From the NCBI GenBank assembly GCA_964016885.1, contig OZ024743.1, positions 35,340,001 to 35,404,000 of the forward strand: a stretch of DNA of 64,000 nucleotides. Reading direction: 5' to 3'. Positions 39,575-49,679 of this stretch are shown one piece after another. The DNA is from Eledone cirrhosa. Lineage: Eukaryota. A program made the position numbers and the translations under genes. Under the pieces are notes generated by a model. The model did not search any database. It was given only the letters and a program-made list of their open reading frames with translations, and had not been told where the DNA came from. Each line of letters begins with the position of its first letter. Position 1 is the stretch's first letter.

Positions 39575-40260
39575 TTCTTCTTCTTTGCCCACTTATTCCT
39601 GAGAGGGTCGTGGGGGCAGAGTCCTCAAACACTCCTTCCAGCAGGTCCTGTCAAAAGCAACCGTCTCCAACTGATCTGGCTGAATCCCCAAGTGAGACCA
39701 GCCAAGCTCATGGATGTTATCCAACCATCTTGCTCGGGGTCTACCCCTGGGTCTCCTGCTGGTTGGTTTTGTCCGTAAAATCTGTCCAGCGATTCTTTTC
39801 TGAAACATTCTAGCAACATGCCCATAGTATCGGAGCTGTAATCTCTCAATTTGAAGAAAAACCTGGAGTGACTCTCTGATCTCCGAGCTATACACTTTAT
39901 CAAGTAACATTACTCCAAACATCCTTTGGAGGAATCCCATTTCAGCCGTTTGTATTCGTGATTGTATTCTTTTGGTCATTACCCAAGATTCATGATCATA
40001 GGTAAGTGCTGGCACGAATACTAAATTGATGATAGTGAGTTTGGTTTTTATGCCTACCTCCTTTCTTCTGATTAGTGAATGCTGAAGTTGGCGCATTACT
40101 GCACCAGCTTTTGCAATTCTTGCACTTAATTCAGCCTCCTGTCTTCTATCACTTGTGAACATGGCCCTGAGATACTTGAACTTCTCTATCTGCTTGTGTA
40201 GAGCATTGTTGCAAGCTTGTAAAGGCGCACTGTTGACTGAAGGGACTTTACTGCAAACCA
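39575..40260 (-). mobile_element. RTE-clade LINE 3' fragment (different subfamily)
   Basis: ORF 39593..40261 with FKYL, TY..ESW, AEMGFL, LRYYGHVARM and RPRGRPRARW; (GAA)n tail at ~39575. Confidence 0.85.
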
Positions 40261-40712
40261 ATTATTGAACTGGTCAGCAGTGAAGGGTCTTCCAGCTAAG
40301 GTGACCTGGACTTTAGGGGTAGATTGTTCCTCCTTACACTTTGTAAATGTTTGTCACATAATATATAACAGCTCAACAAAACACTGTTTGTTGTTATTTT
40401 AAGTATAGCTTAACTAAAGTTACACATGCATCCAAATGTCTATGGGTCATCATCATCATCATCATCATTGTTTAACGTCTATCTTCCACGCTAGCATGGG
40501 TTAGATGGGAATTGTCCCACTTGAGGCAAGATTGGTCGGGTGACCGTGTGTCACTCGTATAGGACTATCTGGCAGGTTTTCTACGGCTGGATGCCCTTCC
40601 TATGGGTATATATGAAAACCTATATTTATGGTGCAAATGCTGTAGGAACCACACACTAACTCATACTCTTATATATATATCACTTAAGAAAATTCTTTGT
40701 CCAAATGAGTTT

Positions 40713-40793
40713 GTTTTCTGATGAGTTCGAAGCCTGAGATTTTATCCTTGATAGGATATTTCCGAAAGCGAACGAAACCCTAAGGGTAGAAAT
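40713..40793 (+). ncRNA. Type I hammerhead ribozyme in a Penelope-like pLTR remnant
   Basis: Stem I GTTTT/GAAAT; core CTGATGA (40718-24); stem II GTTCG/CGAAC with internal hairpin TATCCT-TGAT-AGGATA; GAA (40774-76); stem III ACCC-TAA-GGGT; GUA cleavage triplet ending at 40788. Confidence 0.8.
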
Positions 40794-41183
40794 GTAATCC
40801 TGCTATGTGTATATGCATTTTTTCTTCTAACTTTAATTTTATACCTAATTGTGTATGGTTGACGGTATATTTAATCGATTTCCACGTGCTATTGAAATGT
40901 TGGGTAAATATTCTTTAGCGGTTGATCGCGAATAAATTGGTGTCGTTTATTTATCTACTATTTCTTCATAGGTGCCTTTTAATCTTATAGCCTCGTTTAA
41001 TTGATTTTTTGTGTGGTTGATTATGCTAATTGGGAGAGGAAATAGTGTATATATATTATCAAATGATTCTATGGACATACTTTATAGTATATATATATAT
41101 ATATATACACACATATCAAAATCAAAATATTATAATTTTTTTCTAAACAATGAAATAGGAAATAATTTAAAACTGATCCTTAC

Positions 41184-41250
41184 TTGCTAAGAATGTGAGT
41201 GATCCAACAGCAAAGGCTCTGTTTTGACACTGGGCATAGGAACGGAAATG
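41184..41250 (-). CDS. TMEM141: TMEM141 coding exon (HFRSYAQCQNRAFAVGSLTFLA)
   Basis: cttaacag| acceptor and A|GTAAGG donor; Y..CQ..AF..G..TF matches the TMEM141 N-terminal motif; the phase-1 end joins the 39350 exon in frame. Not in the ORF track in this frame. Confidence 0.85.
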
Positions 41251-41821
41251 CTGTTAAGTGGGTCAGATAAAACAGGTATTTAGTGAATAGCAATAACAAT
41301 GAGATTTGGGGGAGACAGAGACAGAAGAGTAATACAATGCTTGCTTTGTCAACATCCACTGTTATTATCATTATCATCATACACAACATTAACATGGCCA
41401 TTATTACCATCATACACATTATCATTAACATGGACATTATCACCATCACTATCATTACCAATTGCACCATCACCATCATAATAGTCAATCACCCACACCA
41501 TATCACTATCATTGTTAATGTTGTGTTATATCAGATGTCGTCACAGGTGACCACATCAATAGGATGTCAGCCAGTTGGCTGAGGTGGAACCTTATCTTTT
41601 AACCCCCACCATCTATTCTGAGTTCATAGCCAAGAAAACACTTTACTCTTACTGGCCTAGTCCACCGAGCTGTAAACACGTACCAAGAGGTAGTATCAAC
41701 AGGAGCACTGTATTATTGAAGACTGTTTTGTTATCTTCCAGTGATGAGACTAACGATCCACTGTGGATTAACTTGGAATGTAGAAAAATATAATATTCTA
41801 CCAAACTGGGTTATAACATGT

Positions 41822-42143
41822 AAGGTAAAGACCCCCTTCGGTCACGAATGGCCATGGGATTTGCACCTAGAAAGTTCTCTGATGCACAAGTCCAGGCAAG
41901 GTTGTTTGTAGAAGACCAGAAGTTTCCCATGCATACCAGTCTCCCCTCTCCATGCCACCGATGTTGTACAAGGGAAAAGCTAAGGCCGATACAGCTTGGC
42001 ACTAATGGTGTCACAACTCATTTCTACAGTTGAGTGAACTGGAGCAACATGTAATAAAGTGTCTTGCTCAAGAACACAACACAAAGCCCAGTCTGAGAAT
42101 CGAACTCACAACCTCATGATTGAAAGCCCGATGTTCTAACGAC
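41822..42143 (-). mobile_element. SINE family B, near full length
   Basis: Reverse complement of the head (GAATCGAACTC) and of the central domain (ATAAAGTGTCTTGCTCAAG), plus an extended 3' body. Confidence 0.75.
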
Positions 42144-42599
42144 TATAACATGTAATTACCTCTTAAATCTTAATGGGCTTTTGGAATCCAGTGTTTAGCC
42201 TTCGTTTTACAGTGTTTTGGACAAGATATAAAAATTGCCTTCGATAGAACACATACATCTATTACGAGTAACAGTTCCAAGTGATCTGGTATTTATTGCT
42301 AATGACTAGTCACCCAACCTATGCTAGCATGGTAAACAAAGATGTTAAATGATGAAGATGATATAGTGATGATGGTAGTAGTTAACTGAATCCAGTACTC
42401 CTGACACTCATATCTCTGTTTCCTCCACCACAATATCTCTTCTATCATTTTGTCTTCATTCTTTCTCCTTTGTCATTCTCTCTTTAATTCATCCTTTCGA
42501 TCACGTTGCCTTGAATGAATGGAGAGAACTCTTCAGTCATGCCAAGGATAAAGTGTTAGCGTCACCTTAAAATGCACCCAGTACACTCTGTAAAGTAGT

Positions 42600-44982
42600 T
42601 TGGAGAAGACTATCAAGTGGCCAGGAGGGAAGCTAGGAGACAAGTGTACTTAGCAAGAAGGGAAGCTGAGGAAAGAAAGTTCAAGCATGTTCTACAACGC
42701 GATGACCAAAAACGTGAGGTGTTCAGGATTGCTAGGCAATGCGTCAAGGAAAACCGTGATATTGTCGGGGAGAAGTGTGTACTAAACGACGATGGCACAC
42801 TTGCCATCACCGACGCTGATAAGAAGGTAGCTTGGAAGTGTCACTACGAAAGGCTACTAAATGAGGAGAATAAATGGGAGAAAGACAGTCTCCCCCATAT
42901 CGACCCAATAGAGGGACCAGCAGTGTTAGTCGATGGGAATATAATAAGTAAGGCAATCAAGGATATGAAAACGGGTAAGGCGGCTGGGCCTTCGGAAATA
43001 GTTGCTGAGATGCTGAAGGCATCTGGCACGGTGGGACACACCATGGTCACCCGCATAGTTAACCAAGTCGTACAGAATGGGGTTGTTCCGAAGGACTGGC
43101 ATAGCAGCATCATCGTTAACTGTTATAAGGGTAAAGGAGACGCCCTAGATAGGAGTAACTATAGAGGCATTAAATTAATCGACCAGGTCATGAAGGTCAC
43201 GGAAAAAGTAATAGCGCAACTAATCAGAGAGAGAATCGACCTAGATGAAATGCAGTTCGGGTTTGTGTCAGGCAAAAGTACCACAGACGCTCTTTTCATA
43301 GTACGACAACTACAGGAGAAGTACCTAGCTAAAGGTAAACCCCTCTACTTAGCTTTTGTCAACTTGGAGAAAGCCTTCGACAGAGTCCCCCGCTCCATTA
43401 TCTGGTGGGCTCTTAGAAAACTAGGCGTTGACGAATGGCTTGTGAGGGCTATACAAGCCATGTATAAAGAAACAGTCAGCAAGGTTAGAATTAACAACGA
43501 ATATAGTGAAGAGTTTAGCGTAAAAGTTGGCGTCCATCAGGGCTCTGTTCTCAGCCCACTACTATTTATTATTGCCCTTCAGGCTATAACAGAGGAGTTC
43601 AAGACAGGCTGCCCATGGGAACTCCTATACGCAGACGACCTGACACTCATAGCGGAATCAATGGCCGAGCTAGAGAAGAAATTCCAAACATGGAAGCACG
43701 GCCTAGAGTCAAAAGGACTTAAAATTAACCTGGCTAAGACCAAAGTTCTAGTTTGTAGGAAAGAAAACAAGGCGGCGGTCCCTTCTGGGAAATGGTCGTG
43801 CTCGGTGTGTAGGAAAGGCGTAGGTAGAAACTCCATTTTATGTCCTAAATGCAAAGTATGGGTGCATAAAAGATGTAGTGGGATCACAGGTAAGCTAACT
43901 AAGAACATAGATTTTACATGTGGCCGGTGTTCTGGTGCAATAAGTAGCAGCAAGTGCCCACAAAATACTAGCTCTTTCAATTGCGCAGAGGGTTCTATAG
44001 AAATAGTGGACAGCTTCCGTTACCTGGGCGATAAAATCAGCAGTGGGGGAGGGTGCTCTGAAAGTACTGTAGCTAGAGTCAGAACTGGTTGGAAAAAGTT
44101 CAGAGAGCTTATACCACTATTAGCTGCTAAAGGGTTCTCCCTAAAAATGAAAGGCAGGTTGTACGATGCCTGCATACGAACAGCAATGCTGCATGGCAGT
44201 GAGACCTGGGCATTGTGTGCAGAGGATATACGCAGACTAGAGAGGAACGAAGCTTGCATGCTCCGCTGGATGTGTAACAGTAATATACGTGAACGGCAAA
44301 GCATAAACGAACTAAGGAAAAAATTAGAGATAAGAGGGATCAGATGTTGTTTACTCGAGAGAAGGCTACGTTGGTATGGACACGTGATGCGCATGAAAGT
44401 CGATAGCTGTATAACAAAGTGCAGGGCAATAAAGATAGACGGTAGTCACGGAATAGGCAGACCTAGAAAAACCTGGGACGAGCTGATAAACTCCGACATC
44501 ACACACTTACACCTCTCCAAGACAATGTCACTGGACCGAGACCTTTGGCGGTACTCAGTAACAGAGAAGACCCGCCTTACCTAAATATATAGTAAAACCT
44601 ACTCCAACCAGTAGGCATCTCTAACAAAATACACCCCGTCCCACCACCACCACCCCCACCCCATCCACACCACCCCGTTCTATGTAAAGTTATGTTGGTG
44701 CCGCGCCATAGGCCGAAACAAATGAGATCGTGTAGGTGTCACAACAAAAAAACACACAGTCCACGCTGTAGTGTGGCCGTGTAGGCAACACGGTAAAAAC
44801 CTCCCAGACCCACACTGTAAATGTGGTTGGTGTTAGGAAGGGCATCCAACTGTAGAAAACCTGCCAGACAGTCCTATGCGAGCAAGACAATCACTCTTGC
44901 CTCAAGTGGGACTACCCCCGTCCAAACTCATGCAAGCGTGGAACACGGACGTTAAACGTTGATGATGATGATGATGATGATG
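42600..44982 (+). mobile_element. 5'-truncated RTE-clade LINE
   Basis: Intact 655-aa ORF, ~400-bp 3' UTR and (GAT)n tail; the endonuclease domain is missing. Confidence 0.95.
42617..44584 (+). CDS. RTE reverse transcriptase (partial) with a PHD-like Cys/His finger
   Basis: NYRGIKL, QFGF, AFV.LEKAFD, GVHQGSVLSPLLF, LLYADD, FRYLG; CSVC..CPKC..H..C..CGRC between the RT core and the thumb region. Confidence 0.9.
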   Translation: MARREARRQVYLARREAEERKFKHVLQRDDQKREVFRIARQCVKENRDIVGEKCVLNDDGTLAITDADKKVAWKCHYERLLNEENKWEKDSLPHIDPIEGPAVLVDGNIISKAIKDMKTGKAAGPSEIVAEMLKASGTVGHTMVTRIVNQVVQNGVVPKDWHSSIIVNCYKGKGDALDRSNYRGIKLIDQVMKVTEKVIAQLIRERIDLDEMQFGFVSGKSTTDALFIVRQLQEKYLAKGKPLYLAFVNLEKAFDRVPRSIIWWALRKLGVDEWLVRAIQAMYKETVSKVRINNEYSEEFSVKVGVHQGSVLSPLLFIIALQAITEEFKTGCPWELLYADDLTLIAESMAELEKKFQTWKHGLESKGLKINLAKTKVLVCRKENKAAVPSGKWSCSVCRKGVGRNSILCPKCKVWVHKRCSGITGKLTKNIDFTCGRCSGAISSSKCPQNTSSFNCAEGSIEIVDSFRYLGDKISSGGGCSESTVARVRTGWKKFRELIPLLAAKGFSLKMKGRLYDACIRTAMLHGSETWALCAEDIRRLERNEACMLRWMCNSNIRERQSINELRKKLEIRGIRCCLLERRLRWYGHVMRMKVDSCITKCRAIKIDGSHGIGRPRKTWDELINSDITHLHLSKTMSLDRDLWRYSVTEKTRLT

Positions 44983-45766
44983 AAGGACATCCAGCCGTAA
45001 AAACTATGCCAAAAGAGGGTCATATGAAGAGACGGGGTCGTCAACCATCTTAGGAGGGCAGTAACTTCAAACAAGAACTGGCTCGGATGATGATTTGTCT
45101 AACCCATGCCAGCATAGAAAGCGAATGTAAAAGGACGATGATATCAGTACCACAACCAACCAACTGGTCCTGCAACTATCCAGTGCTGTTTTTAATTACA
45201 TGTTAGGGTGGGTAGGATAGATTTCCTAGGGGCAATTGATTGATTTTACAGCTGAAAGCCTTTCCTATCACTGACCAATAAAAGTAGTCATGAAATCTGT
45301 AGCAATTATCATTGTCCAACAATACAATATCTATCTCTTGCTTTTAGAAAATGTTTAGGCAACTTGAAACGTTCACGCCATTACTGCGGGTAATGGTGTG
45401 ACGGAGGCTTTGGAATAGTTAAGTACCCTAAATTCGGCAAGGGGAGACTCCAACGATAAAAAAAATTTCTTGGTCAGTGGCCCAGGTCACTGAACGTCTT
45501 AAAAGTCACAAGTATTTATTCAGAAATTACATTGGGGCGTTTTATTTTTACCTGTTAGTTTGCCACAACACTAAATTTGGCACTACAACGCTATTAGCTG
45601 TCAGTCGAAGCAGCCGATGAAAGCAAAACATCGTTTATTTCTGTATTACTACCACGCGTAAGTGGAGTTACTTAAATGAAATTTTTTTATTTGTTTTCAC
45701 GCGTTTTTTATTTATTTTTTTATTAAAGCATATAGATGTAAGTGGAGTTACTTAAATGAAAATATA

Positions 45767-45785
45767 GGTGGCCCTTAAAAGGGCC
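45767..45785 (-). other. Histone-mRNA-type 3' stem-loop motif with no histone CDS
   Basis: Minus strand reads GGCCCT-TTTA-AGGGCC-ACC, a canonical 6-bp stem with a 4-nt U-rich loop followed by ACC. Confidence 0.5.
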
Positions 45786-45859
45786 AAATTAGAACATACC
45801 GCTGCGTTTTTACAGTTTTACTAGTTACACATACACACACACATATATATATATATATA

Positions 45860-45937
45860 CACACGGTGTCCCCTCCAAAATATATACACACTGATTATTT
45901 TGCTGTTGAAATTTGTATACATTTTTTGGGACACTGG
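45860..45937. mobile_element. Solo Tc1/mariner-type mini-MITE related to the 48-kb array unit
   Basis: GGTGTCCCCTCCAAAATATATACA ... TGTATACATTTTTTGGGACAC, flanked by (TA)n. Confidence 0.65.
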
Positions 45938-45940
45938 GTT

Positions 45941-45980
<40 letters not shown>

Positions 45981-46689
45981 GGGAAGGGAGAAATTTTTGG
46001 ATGCTATACCTGACATAATAAAAAACCCAAATACACCCCTAACATTTGTCGGAATATCAATCACGAGAGTAGATAAATAAATATATAAATACATAAATAA
46101 GAAATGATAGAAAAGGAAAAGAAAATCCCTACATTATGTAATATTCCCAGTCACCCCTAAATTTCAAAACCGGGAGGGAAAATTCAGAGGGTTAAAATCC
46201 CAAATGATGATACCTCAAATACTAGTGTATCCCTTCGCATTACAGTTTAAAGCAATACATATGATCGCTTTGATGACTCTTATTCGTTTCTAAGGGTCTC
46301 GTTTTTTTCTCTTCTTTCTATCATATATATATATATATATATATATAATAAATAAATACAATATCGGAGAAAGCTTTTTAGCGATACTCCGGCCAAATTC
46401 CAACTCACTCAACGAACATTAGGAAATAAGTGATTATATTCCCAATTATGCGTTCGGGGTGCTAACTAAAAGTATTGCGTGGAAAATTGGCTGTATTATT
46501 CTGTCTATCTCTTTCCCTCTCTGTCTATCTTTTGCCATTAAAACGATAATGATAATCAATTCAATTAAAAAATATATATATATATATATATATTATTATT
46601 AGTATTATTATTAAAATTAAATACCATTTATTCTGCGGCAGAGAGCTTCTTCTCCATCATTCGCTCCTCCAGAATCGTTTGAGAAAATG

Positions 46690-47467
46690 TATCGTTGCAG
46701 GTTTTACCTTTGCCCCTCAGGTGAAGGGGCTTTACTATCATGGAACAGGAATATTGTGATGGGACCCGACTTTTCCCCGCCCCCTCGGTCTAGCCCCGCA
46801 GGTACAGTCGAGTCCGCTTAAGAATATACCCTCGGGAATGGAAAATAGTATACTCTTAACCGAACTATACTCTTTCCGGACTAAGTAAAAATATTCCATA
46901 GTATTATTATTTTGAGTCTTTCAATGATTAATAATCGCTTTATTATCGTTTAAAATGCAAGTCAACAAAACTCTCTTGCAACATTGTAGAGTGAATGTAA
47001 AATTTTATAAGCTTCAGCTTTGAGAAACTACTCTCATCATTTTCCATTGATACTGGAAGTGTGAAAAGGATGCTAAATGCAATAGCATCATTTGAGTGAT
47101 ATAAAATATTTTCCCGATTTTAGAATTATTCCAGTTTATCATTTTTCCGAACTTACAAGGAAAAAATACATATAGACGTATAGATACATTCATATATTGT
47201 TATACTTTGGGAGGGTCATGTTGCCAATAAGAAACACACGCATCAGTTGCTTTCACTTCAATTTATTATATATTTATAAATTTACAAATTTATAAATTTC
47301 AGAAACGAAATACATTCATATATTTAGAGGTAATATCACGTGAACACAATCACGTGACAAATCACATTATTCTTTCAAAAGGAAAAGTTTAGCGCCATTT
47401 TTTTCCAGTGAATGAATTGTCAACAAACGCAGACACAGTAAAAGCAAAAGATGAGAAAATGGTAAGT
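46690..47467. promoter_or_regulatory. Candidate divergent promoter region with a plus-strand first exon ending AAAATG|GTAAGT (47461)
   Basis: GC box CCCCGCCCCC (~46775), E-box TCACGTGA (47350), YY1-like GCGCCATTTT (47392), perfect donor at 47462, and position upstream of the minus-strand TMEM141 exons. Confidence 0.4.
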
Positions 47468-47799
47468 AATATCAAATAATTATTAAAAAGTGTTGACATT
47501 AAAAACGTTACAGGAATAATTAAGTTTCATACATACATATATATATGTGGGTACGTATATATATACGTATTTGTGGTCACATATACACAAATATACTTGC
47601 CCTCATATATGTACTTATGCACACATTTTCACCATACACATGCATTTGTACATACACACATATGTACATTTGTGAGTGATACATAGACACATACCCTAAC
47701 TATATTTCCTTATTTTTTTTATATATCTCTTGCATTACTTTTATTAATATATTTTTTGCATTTCTTGAGGAGACTTTTCAAATATTTCACTATGTTTTA

Positions 47800-47877
47800 A
47801 ATTGCCTTGTCCGACGAACGAATGAGGACGTTTTTCGTATTCGTCTTGTTCGGGAAACCTCTGGTAATGAGGTAATT
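47800..47877 (+). ncRNA. Variant or degenerate type I hammerhead ribozyme (Penelope-like remnant)
   Basis: 11-bp stem I AATTGCCTTGT/ATGAGGTAATT; core CCGACGA; stem II CGAATGAGGACG/CGTCTTGTTCG; GAA; stem III ACC-TCT-GGT; GUA triplet. Carries a U4C change and an A.G mismatch at 10.1/11.1. Confidence 0.65.
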
Positions 47878-47984
47878 ATATTGTATTGTTTATTATACAT
47901 TAAATTTTGCTCTGGTACTTACATAGAGCACTCTTCACTCCTATGACGTTTTCAATTTTCAACGGAAACTCCAATACTTGTATA

Positions 47985-48263
47985 TCTATATACTACTAAA
48001 ACTCTGATCTTGATTGTTTGCTTGCTTGCTTGCACACACTTTCTCTATATATATGTTCATATTTGTGTATATACAGGTTGTCCCCCCCCAAAATGTATAC
48101 CCACTTTGATTGCCTATACATGCATTATTTGTTAGGATGGTGTATACATTTTTAGGGACCCCGGTATATATATATATGGTGTCCCCGAAAAAAGTATACA
48201 CACTTTGATTACCTGTACAGGCAATATATATATTAGAATGGTGTATACATTTTTAGGGACCCC

Positions 48264-48308
<45 letters not shown>

Positions 48309-49288
48309 TGTCCCAGAAAAATGTATACACACTTTGATTACCTGTACAAGCAATATATATATTAGAATGGTGTATACATTTTTAGGGACCCCGGTATATA
48401 TATATGGTGTCCCCGAAAAATGTATACACGCTTTGATTACCTGTACAGGCAATATATATATTAGAATGGTGTATACATTTTTAGGGACACCGGTATATAT
48501 ATGGTGTCCCCGAAAAATGTATACACACTTTGATTACCTGTACAGGCAATATATATATTAGAATGGTGTATACATTTTTAGGGACCCCGGTATATATATA
48601 TGGTGTCCCCGAAAAATGTATACACGCTTTGATTACCTGTACAGGCAATATATATATTAGAATGGTGTATACATTTTTAGGGACACCGGTATATATATGG
48701 TGTCCCCGAAAAATGTATACACACTTTGATTACCTGTACAGGCAATATATATATTAGAATGGTGTATACATTTTTAGGGACCCCTGTATATATATATAAA
48801 TATATATGGTGTCCCCGAAAAATGTATACACACTTTGATTATCTGTACAGGCAATATATATATTAGAATGGTGTATACATTTTTAGGGACACCGGTATAT
48901 ATATATATGGTGTCCCCGAAAAATGTATATACACTTTGATTACCTGTACCGGCAATATATATATTAGAATGGTGTATACATTTTTACATAATACTAAAAG
49001 TCTGTGATTGATTGCTTGCTTGCTTATCTTAAATTTAATACAGCCAAAAGGGCGCATAATGGGAAAATACTTTGAAAGGAAGTTGACCCTGAAATGGGAA
49101 TACAAATGGAACAAAACAAATTTCGCGTAAATCGGACCGCGGGTTCCCGACATATGGGGTTTTTCCTGGTGCCTTCATAAATAAAGTAAACAAAGAGAGA
49201 AAGAGATAGTGGTTGTGAGAGAGTAGATTGAAAGAGAGACAGAAAGAGGGAGAGGAGAATGAAAATGGAAGAGAGCTGGTGGTGCTGT

Positions 49289-49364
<76 letters not shown>

Positions 49365-49664
49365 AGTGTGTGTCAATATATATATATATGTGTGTGATTA
49401 TGACCAGTGCGTGTAGATCACAGACATCCACATATATATATATATATACACACACATACATATATATATGTATATGTTTACATACACGCACACATATATA
49501 TATATACATACACTCACGTATATATATAGGCCGTCCAGTTTCATTTCACATTATATACATGTCTGTGTATATTTTTATTATTTAAAAAATATTTTTAAGT
49601 GAACACGATTTTAAAAAAAAATATTTTAAAGTGAACATGACCAAACGGGTCACTGGTGGTCTAG
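47985..49664 (+). mobile_element. Probable non-autonomous Helitron
   Basis: A|TC 5' start (TCTATATACTACTAAAA) followed by (TTGC)n; 3' end ...GACCAAACGGGTCACTGGTGGTCTAG|T with a weak subterminal hairpin; no TSD. The 5' segment is repeated at ~48990. Confidence 0.45.
48072..48986. repeat. Tandem array of ~9 mini-MITEs (~100-130-bp period)
   Basis: Each unit is GGTGTCCCCGAAAAATGTATACAC...GTGTATACATTTTTAGGGAC[A/C]CC, separated by variable (TA)n. Confidence 0.92.
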
Positions 49665-49679
49665 TATATATATATATAT

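Noticed and set aside
41180-41582. Met/Ile/His-rich ORFs
   Set aside because: Degenerate (CAT)n microsatellite; the real exon (41184-41250) is in a different frame.
41640-41720. TMEM141 first exon ending ...WTRP|GTAAGA
   Set aside because: The sequence resembles a SINE domain remnant, has no start codon and shows no family similarity.
46620-46900. snRNA, RNase MRP or telomerase RNA gene
   Set aside because: I found no convincing conserved motifs; the part from 46803 (TACAGTCGAGTCC...) looks like a pogo/Tigger-type TIR.
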